64,000 nt of DNA from the NCBI RefSeq assembly GCF_009914755.1, contig NC_060943.1; one strand, 5' to 3'. Shown piece after piece: positions 12,906-64,000 of this stretch (within the stretch, counting starts at the first letter, position 1; every line of letters begins with the position of its first letter). Below the pieces are notes generated by a model. The model ran no database searches, was not told the DNA's origin, and saw only the letters and a program-made list of their open reading frames with translations. Position numbers and translations under genes: made by a program. The DNA comes from the human T2T-CHM13v2.0 reference genome, Homo sapiens.

Positions 12906-13744
12906 GACTGAGTTGCCAGCAGTGTGTAGAGTGGAATTTGGGAGTCATGGGTCTTACCTCTCGTGGCTGCATCACCAACACCCAGAAGTGGGCCTGGCAG
13001 GTATTAGGGGTAGTAGGAGCTCAGTAAACATTTGCTGGGCTGAAGAGAATGACCTGGTGTTCATGGGCATGGCTCTCATAGCAGGGCCTTCACTTCACTG
13101 CTAGATGGAGGTAGCATGGCTCTCTTGCCACTAGAGGTCCCATGGCTCTGTGGAAAAGCTCAAGAGTGTTTGTACTGGTGGCAGGAACTTTCAGAGAAAT
13201 CAGATTTTTACACTCCTGTCCCTGACTCCTGGCCTGATGTGGACCTTGTCTCCCAAGGCCATCTGATTTTCTCATTGATCCCCAAGAGCAAATGCAGGTA
13301 GGCATGATCTCTAGAGCTGTGGAATTAAAGGAGATTCTGAATAATATGTGTCTGGATGTAGGAAGATTCATGAGAGGTGGTGACTTGAATTCCCCTGGAG
13401 TTGGACTTTGGCTCAGCCAACAGATTTTTATTGTGAGTGATGGATTGTTGGGATGGCTGGCCAATGTTTGAACATCTAGTCAGTCTCAAGTACTATATAA
13501 CTGAATAATATTCACACTGATTACGTGAGAACATTTTGCAGGGAAGGAATCTCCAGTCAAAAGCATTGAGATGACTTGCCCAAGGTCACATTCAATCCAG
13601 GCAGGGCAGAGCTTGAATTTAAGCCTGATTTCATTTCATTTGGTTTAATCACCGATATGCTTTTCTCTCTACTCTGTTGCCTTCTGCATACTTTGGGGAG
13701 GGTGGTAGAGACAAGATGGGAGTATGTGACTGGTGGGATGCTAG

Positions 13745-14408
<664 letters not shown>

Positions 14409-14691
14409 TAAAACAAATTCTAATAATTGTTCTTGTAAAATAAATGACATAACATTTGAAAAGTTAATGTATTAGGGTTCTGTTTATACAAAAAAAAAAT
14501 CAGGTTATGTGCGTGTGTGTGTATGTGTGTATCCTACCTGTTATATGTATATAAATTACACAATAGATACAGTAAATAATATATATGTATATAAAGATTT
14601 TTTTATAGTTTGTTTTACTCTATAGACATACAAACATACATTTTAATGTTTATATACATATATATAGTTCCAAATCCTAGGATTTGGAGTA

Positions 14692-14953
14692 TTCTTTTTA
14701 ATTAAGTTCTAGGGCACATGTGCAGAACATGCAGGTTTGTTACATAGGTATACACATGCCATGGTAGTTTGCTGTACCCATCAACCTGTCATCTGCATTA
14801 GGTATTTCTCCTAATGCTATCCCTCCCTAGCCCCTCACCCTCTGACAGGTCCTGGTGTGTGATGCTCCCCTCCCTGTGTCCACATGTTCTCATTGTTCGG
14901 CTTCCACTTAAGAGTGAGAACATGTGGTGTTTGGTTTTCTGTTCCTGTGTTAG
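14692..14953 (-). mobile_element. L1PA 3' end fragment
   Basis: TTAAGTTCTAGGGCACATGTGCAGAAC...GAGTGAGAACATGTGGTGTTTGGTTTTCTG resembles the reverse complement of the L1PA 3'UTR. Confidence 0.88.
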
Positions 14954-16632
<1,679 letters not shown>

Positions 16633-16869
16633 ATTTTTGTTTGTTTTTGGGTGTTTTTTTTTTTTTTTTTTGCATTTTTTTGGTGATGTGAAAAAATGAC
16701 ATATAACTCTTCTGTTAATTTATTTGACTATTTGTGAGGTTGAAACTTTTTAATGTGTTAATTGAAACTCTGGTTTTAAAGAGTCTCTTTAGTCCTCTGG
16801 GGAAGCATCCAGGGATGGAAATGGAGAGGTATTTGCTGGTTTCCTGGCTTTCTCATAGTTCTCATATAT

Positions 16870-17352
16870 TGAAGACAGTGTGCTGGAGCTCAGTCCTAAG
16901 CACTTTACTTAGACCATCATCCTACAACCTTGTGAGGTAGGTATTGTCCCTTATTTACAGATGAGGACACAGAAGCTCACATATTGAAGGTCATATATTT
17001 ATAAAATGGCAGAACTGAGATTTGAATTCAGAAGTATGAATTCATCCTAAATTCAAAGACTTGGTTCTTTGGCAAGAACATTTGTGCAGGTTTTACTTCC
17101 AAACATTCACTATTTTTTAAAATTTAATTTTTTTTGTTTTTGTTTTTTTTGTTTTTTAGACAAGGTCTCTCTCTGTTACCCAGACTGGAGTGCAGTGGCA
17201 CGATTACGGTTCACTGCGGCCTTGACATCCCGGGCTCAAGCAATCCTTCCACCTCAGTCTCCCAAGTAGCTAGGACTAGACAACAGGCACATGCCACCAT
17301 GCCGAGTTGAGTTTTTGGGGCTTTTTTAGAGAAGAGTTCTATGTTGCCCAGA
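16870..17352 (-). mobile_element. MIR (16870-17040) and partial AluJ (17127-17352)
   Basis: ACAACCTTGTGAGGTAGGTATT...TTTACAGATGAGGA MIR core; diverged antisense Alu. Confidence 0.7.
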
Positions 17353-17499
17353 CTGTGAACATTCACTATTGGAACAGAAGTAAAACCCTCCCCTCCCCAG
17401 CATACAGATCTCCAACCCCACACCCTGATTTCTTCACCACTCTTCCCAGGACAGAGAGGAGACCAAGGGAGAGTAGGCATCATTTCTCTCTGTACAGTT

Positions 17500-17513
17500 T
17501 TTAATTTTTTATT
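17500..17513 (-). terminator. POU2F2: POU2F2 distal poly(A) signals
   Basis: Minus-strand AATAAA (17508-17513) and ATTAAA (17500-17505) with upstream TGTA (~17585); marks the end of a 5-kb stretch with no recognisable transposon. Confidence 0.7.
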
Positions 17514-20500
17514 TTTTGATGTTTGTTGTTCAGATGAATGACACACTCAAGTTACAAAAATGGGGCCTTAAAAGAAGCACATTGTACAATGAACAAGCAG
17601 ATTGGAGTTAAGAACACTGAAACACTAACCCGCTACCACGAGAAGAGACGGAGGGGGTACAGGAAGGGAAGGAAGGGGCTACCAACACAGGGGTCAGACG
17701 GAACTGAAAGGGAGGCTAACTTGGTAAGGATGGAGGAAAGGCAGGTCTACTCCAGGGCTGATTTCTGGATGCCGGTTCCTGGGCACCCTTGCCTTGTACT
17801 TGCCACCCCCTCCAACTTCACCCACCCCCATTCCAACCTGGTCATTCTGGGTGGTGAAAGACACCCACACCAGAATGGGCTGCGCCAATCAGGTCTTTAC
17901 CAAGTAGGGTGGTCACCTTGCCCTAGTGCAGCCCTGGATTTGGAAGGTGATGGTGGAAGCAGTGGGACAAGAGGCCAGAAAGGAGTTGAAAGTTCAGGCC
18001 CCTGCTCTTCCCAAAGACTCCTCGCCCATTCCCCACCCTGCCATTATCCAAAGGCTCTCTACGAGTTGCCGAGAGAGGCCCCCAGTCACCCTGCAATTAT
18101 ATAAATAAATAAATACTGAGCCCCTGGGTTTGGGGGACATATTGGGGGAGGGGCAGCAAGGATAGAGGACAGGAAAGAGAGGAAGGGGAGGGAGGCAGAA
18201 GGGAGGGGTCACAGACATAGTAAATAGTTGTCTCCATCCCAGCAACACTTCTCTCTGGATTTTTCTCTCCTTTTGTTTGTTTAACAAGGAGCTAACAATT
18301 CAAGGACAAATACTTAAAAATATACATTATTTTTTCTTTGTTTCCGCCTTTGTCATCGTCGTCTTGCTTTGGAGACTGCTGAGGTCAAAGTTTAAACCGC
18401 ATGAAGGACTTGCGGCTTGGAGTTTTTGTGTATTTTTTTTTATTTTTATTTTTAATTTTTTTTCACTTTTTTTCCAACATATAAAAAGGTAGCGGAGTTG
18501 TCTGTGGGTTTTTTTTTTTTTTTAAATGGTTAAATCTTTGGTTTGTTTCTTTTTTCTCTTGGAGGCCTTTATCTCTCGCACTTGCCTTTCCCACTCAGAG
18601 ACCAGTGGGGGCCCGCGTGTCTCAATCTTGCTGTCTGTCTCACTCTCTCTCTCACTCAGGTCCCCCTACCCTGGGCTAGAGGAAGAGAGAGGCACCCTGG
18701 TGTTCATGTGGGTTAGAAAAACTAGTCAGGTCAAGAGGTCACCCTGACTTGGCTAGTCCCTCGCCAGATCTCCCCAGGGCTTGGAGAGCCCGTCATGGCC
18801 TTCTCCAGGGAGATGGATGGAAAACTCATATCCTTCCCCTCCTCCTGATCTCAGCCCCAACTCCTACTGGGGCTTGGGTTCCCCATCCCTACCCACCCCC
18901 ACACACACACCCACCCCACCCCCCAGAAGAGAACAGAGAGAGGTGGTTTAGTTACTGGCATCAATTTTTTTTTTTTTTTTTTTGGCACAATGAAAAGGCC
19001 CACCATTAGGGTAGACCCAGTCTCTGTCCCTCCCTTAAGTAGGAGGTCAGGGTTGGGGAGAAGAGAAATTCAGAGGGCTCCCCACTGCTCCAACCCACTC
19101 ATCTCTCCTCTCTTTCTAGCCCAGGCCCTTGGCCCCCAACCTCGGACATCTAACCTAGCCCATAGCCTAGCCTGGGGTTGCCCTCCCCATCCCCCACATA
19201 AAGCTCCCCAGCCCTCCAACTCTCTCGCTCATACACAGACACACGGACACAGGCTCTGTACAGACCACAAAATAAAAACGATGAGATAGTTTTGTTTCCC
19301 GGAGTCGAGACGGGGGACCAGAGTGTAAGGGGCAGATGGGGGTGGGGGGCATGAATTCCCCCATCACCTTCCCAACCCTGGCTCCCTCCAGCCCCCCAGC
19401 CCCTTGCCCTGGCTGGCCCCCAGCCAACGATATTTGGTTTCCTTTTTTTAACATTAAAGTTCTATGAGGTATTTGGTGCCTTATCTCGAGTCCTCAGGGG
19501 AGGGGGGCCCAGGGGGAGACCTGGGGCTCACCTGCCCCTCCCTCCCTCCTACCCCCTTCCCAATATTTGGTTTCACAGCTGTAGTTAAAGCTTGGGATTT
19601 GGTTATTTTTCCCCCTCCCAGGAATTTTTTTTTCTTGTTTTTCTTTTCCTAGGTGTGAGGGTTGGATGGGGAGGGTCCCCAGCACCCCCGGCTGCACAGG
19701 GGTCCCTCCACCAACATCAGGGCATCTGCCCCATCCCTGCCCCCTGCTCCTCCTCTCCTCTTTACCCCACTCCCACATACTGGGGTGGGGAGAGGTCCCA
19801 GGTGGTGGGACTTGATGGGGAGGAAGCAGGATGAAGTGGGTGGTGGTGAGTCCTGGATTTTCTTTCCTTTTTTTTTTTTTTTTTCCTTTTTGGTCTAGAA
19901 TCATAGTTTTTGTTTGAGTCATCTCCACCATGCCTTCCATGCTGCCTGTCTTCTCGGAGGGGGTTTTTGGTTGTAATTCCTTTCATTTTGCTCTGCTCAA
20001 ATGTCCTTCCTATTTGGTCAGGAGCCCTTGGCCCCCTCTCCACCCTTGGGCTGGGGCCCAAGCCCTCTTGCCAGTCCCTTCTCTCTTCAGGAAATAAACA
20101 TGGACAAACTCAGAGGTAGGGTAAGGGCAGGGAGTCGTTCAGCGGAGATGCTTACATTCCGGTGAGGTTGGGTAGACGAGGTGCCAGGCCCCATCGTGCC
20201 GGGGTGGGAGGGGCGGCTACTTCACCACTGCCCGGACAAGGCACCCAGAGGCCCCTGCAATGGCCGAGTCTCTGCTGCCTCCGTCGCCCAGCCCAACAGT
20301 TTCATTTCCCGGGTGGGAGAAGGGAGACAAGGAAAAAAGAGAACGCTGAGGCCTGGAGCTCCATCTGCCTCTCCTCAGAGTGTCCGGCAGAAAGTGGAAG
20401 CTGCCCAGGCCAAAGCCCTGCGGTCTCAGGGCTCTCCTCTCTCTCTGCTCCTGCCCAACAAGGGGCAGGGGCCACACTACGGCTGTCAGGCCCCACCCTG

Positions 20501-21078
20501 ATTTCAATGGCTCGTGTCCTTCACTGCAACACTTTGGTTTGAGGAGAGACACAGAAAGAACAAGATTGAGAGAGAAGAGAGGAGAGCAAAGGGAGAGAGA
20601 GGAGACAGGAAGGAGGAGAGGAGAGAGGAAGGAGGGGAGGAGAGAGGAAGGAGGGGAGGAGAGAGGTCAGACAAAAGAGAACCGAAAAAGAAATCAAAGG
20701 AGGAATCAAACCACCCAAAAGTTGTTAAGTTTTCCTTCATCTGTTCTTTTTGCTTTCTTACTCCTTTTTTTCCTGTCTTTTTTTAAAGCTTTTTCAGTTG
20801 ATTTGGGAGGGGAGTTTGGGGCTCTTCACCCCTGTCCCTGATACCCTCTCTCAGCCCCGCCCACCCGCTTCCATCTGCCCTGGCCGAGGGACAGGCCCTG
20901 CCCCAGCCGCCCCCTCCGGCTTTCCCAAAGACAACGTCCATGAGGTATTTGTGAAGAGAAAGAAGCATCCGTCCTTCCATCCGCCTTGGGGAACAAGGGC
21001 CTGGACCACCGGTGCAGGGGCTTGGCTCCGCCTCGCGGTTCCATCTTATTCTTGAAGAGTCCTCATCTTCTTTCCCTT

Positions 21079-21117
21079 TTATATATATATATATATATAT
21101 GTTTATATATATATATA
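21079..21117. repeat. (TA)n microsatellite in the POU2F2 3'UTR
   Basis: Interrupted TATATA run. Confidence 0.9.
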
Positions 21118-22625
21118 AATTTTTTTTCTAGTTTAAATTTATTGTTTGTTTGTTTCTGTTTTTTTGGTTTTCGGTTCAAAACTTTGTTGGCCTCCACAAT
21201 AGCAGGAGGGCAGGGTGGCTCCCAGTGGTGTCTCTCCTCTGTCCGTCGTCAGTGGAGACGTGTCCGGGGCTGGTCAAACACAGGGTCCAGCCAAGAGTTG
21301 TGGAGGTCTTGTGGGAGTGGTGGCCACCACCGCGCCCTCTCAGATGGGGACCACAGGCTGTGGCACTGTCCCCACCACATGGACCCTGATGGGGATGCCA
21401 TCTCGAGGAACCCCACCACTGGGGTGTGTGCGTGCGTGCATGTGGGGGGAGGGAGAGGCATTCGCCAGTACCAGAGGGGCACAGGGTGGGAAAAGCGAGG
21501 TGAGTTCTCTTTTTGGTTTCTGGTTAATGTCAAAGAACGTGAAGGATCCCACGGATAGGCACTGGAATATGAATTTTTTTTTTTTTCAGGGAAACAGACA
21601 GGATGGAAAAAGACAACTGAATGCCCTCAACTGAATGTCTTCATCCCCTCTTGCCTGAAATTTCCACCTTCCCATAGGCTGGGGAGGGAGTCAGTTCCAG
21701 AGCAGAGGAGGGTGACAGGGTTGAGGAGGGACTTGTGAGAGCTAGAACTTGGCAAAATGGCCTAGCCCACCCTTCAAAGGGGAAAAGAGGGAGGAACAGG
21801 GGATGAAAAGTTGTCCGCAGGCCTTCCCTTGAACTCTCCCCTGCTGGGGGGAGGGAGGAGGTTAAAGCAAGACCCCCTGCCCAGGTGGGGAGAGCTGGGG
21901 GCCAGGGGAGAAGGGGACACATGGTAGGGACACATTCTGTTGAGCACAATGCTAAAAATTCTGTACATCCTTTGGATGAAGCTACTGAATATTTGGTGTA
22001 AGGTTGTTCAGGCCCTTTCTCTTTCACCTTCTGGAAAAGAACATTTGGTGGGTGGTGCTAAGCCCCAGCCCATCTGCCCAGGCTGTGCCCTGTCTTCGCT
22101 GGCCCAGGGCTGGGGGCTGGGATTAGGAAGCTGGCATCTTCTCTTTTTCCTTCTGTAGCCCCCACGGGGGAGGCAGGGTTGGGGGTTGGTCCCACAGCCA
22201 GGGCTCGGTGGCATGAGGTCTGACCTGCTGGAGGCTTCTCCGCCCCTGGCTGGGGTTTTTATTTGGCGTCGTAGCAGTGAGGGTGAGCACGCTGAGGTCT
22301 GGCTCGCGACTGGTTTTTTGGTTTGTTTGATTTTGTGGGTTTTTTTTTTTTTTGGTTTGTTTTTGGTTTTTTTTTGTTTGTTTTTCACCTCTGGTTCCTT
22401 TGGGGCAGCTGGTTTCTGTTGTGATTATTTTTGGTTTTCTCTTTTGTTGGTTAGTTTCTTTCCTTTTTTTTTTTTTTTTTGGTTGGTTGTTTTTTTGGTC
22501 TTTCCTCCCTTGTCACTCCTGCTCTGAGGACCCTCTGCGTCCCCACCACTGGCCTCCTCGCCCTCTTCCCAGGCAAGGGACCAAGGCAGGGACCAGAGGA
22601 ATGGGAGGGGAGGCATGGCTGGCCC

Positions 22626-63787
<41,162 letters not shown>

Positions 63788-64000
63788 GCTGCCCGCCCCG
63801 CCAGGGCTGGGGGAACAACTGTGTCATCTCCCCACCCTCTCTGGGGGCCGAGCCCTCCCTGCCGGAAGTCACTCAGGGAGGAAACCACAGGGCCGGTCCG
63901 CCCCCTTCAGAAGGGAAAATACCCTGGCCCACAGACCCGCCCCGGCAGCCCGGCCCACCCCAAATCATGTGTGTGTGCTGGGGGGTGGGGGCTAGTGGGG
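63788..64000 (-). promoter_or_regulatory. POU2F2: POU2F2 5'UTR and proximal promoter
   Basis: Immediately upstream of the ATG; ETS motif CCGGAAGT 63862-63869, GAGGAAA 63878, kB-like GGGAAAATACCC 63913-63924, GC boxes. Confidence 0.55.

Larger units (their letters stand above)
17480..22625 (-). other. POU2F2: POU2F2 long 3'UTR
   Basis: No Alu in this A-tract-rich sequence between the last stop codon and the distal poly(A) signal; further AATAAA at 22258-22263, 21138-21143 and ~18445. Confidence 0.7.

Noticed and set aside
19476-19483. miR-124 8mer GTGCCTTA
   Set aside because: It is on the plus strand, antisense to the POU2F2 mRNA

Overview
Primate (almost certainly human, chr19q13.2 by recalled gene order) genomic DNA containing three genes. 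(1) The probable non-coding first exon and promoter of GRIK5 lie on the minus strand (~605-1570). (2) ZNF574 is on the plus strand: CpG-island promoter ~7.1-7.9 kb, an 896-aa C2H2 zinc-finger CDS in one exon (9976-12666) and a poly(A) signal at 12900. (3) The whole POU2F2 (Oct-2) coding gene is on the minus strand (ATG 63787; stop at 22921 or 22626; ~5-kb 3'UTR ending ~17480). I resolved every POU2F2 exon by GT-AG boundary and phase; they sum to 479 aa and 624 aa, matching the isoform lengths I recall. The rest is dense Alu/MIR/L1/L2/MaLR repeat (boundaries approximate). I found no CRISPR, tRNA, rRNA or prokaryote-type system, and no clearly new biological system. Best leads: an in-frame 297-nt OCT1-homologous cassette exon in POU2F2; an upstream ZNF574 coding exon antisense within GRIK5 whose outcome depends on a 5-nt tandem acceptor; a frame-switching POU2F2 C-terminus; a decayed ~75-bp tandem array in ZNF574 intron 1; a 25-bp-stem hairpin; and candidate immune-inducible intronic enhancers.
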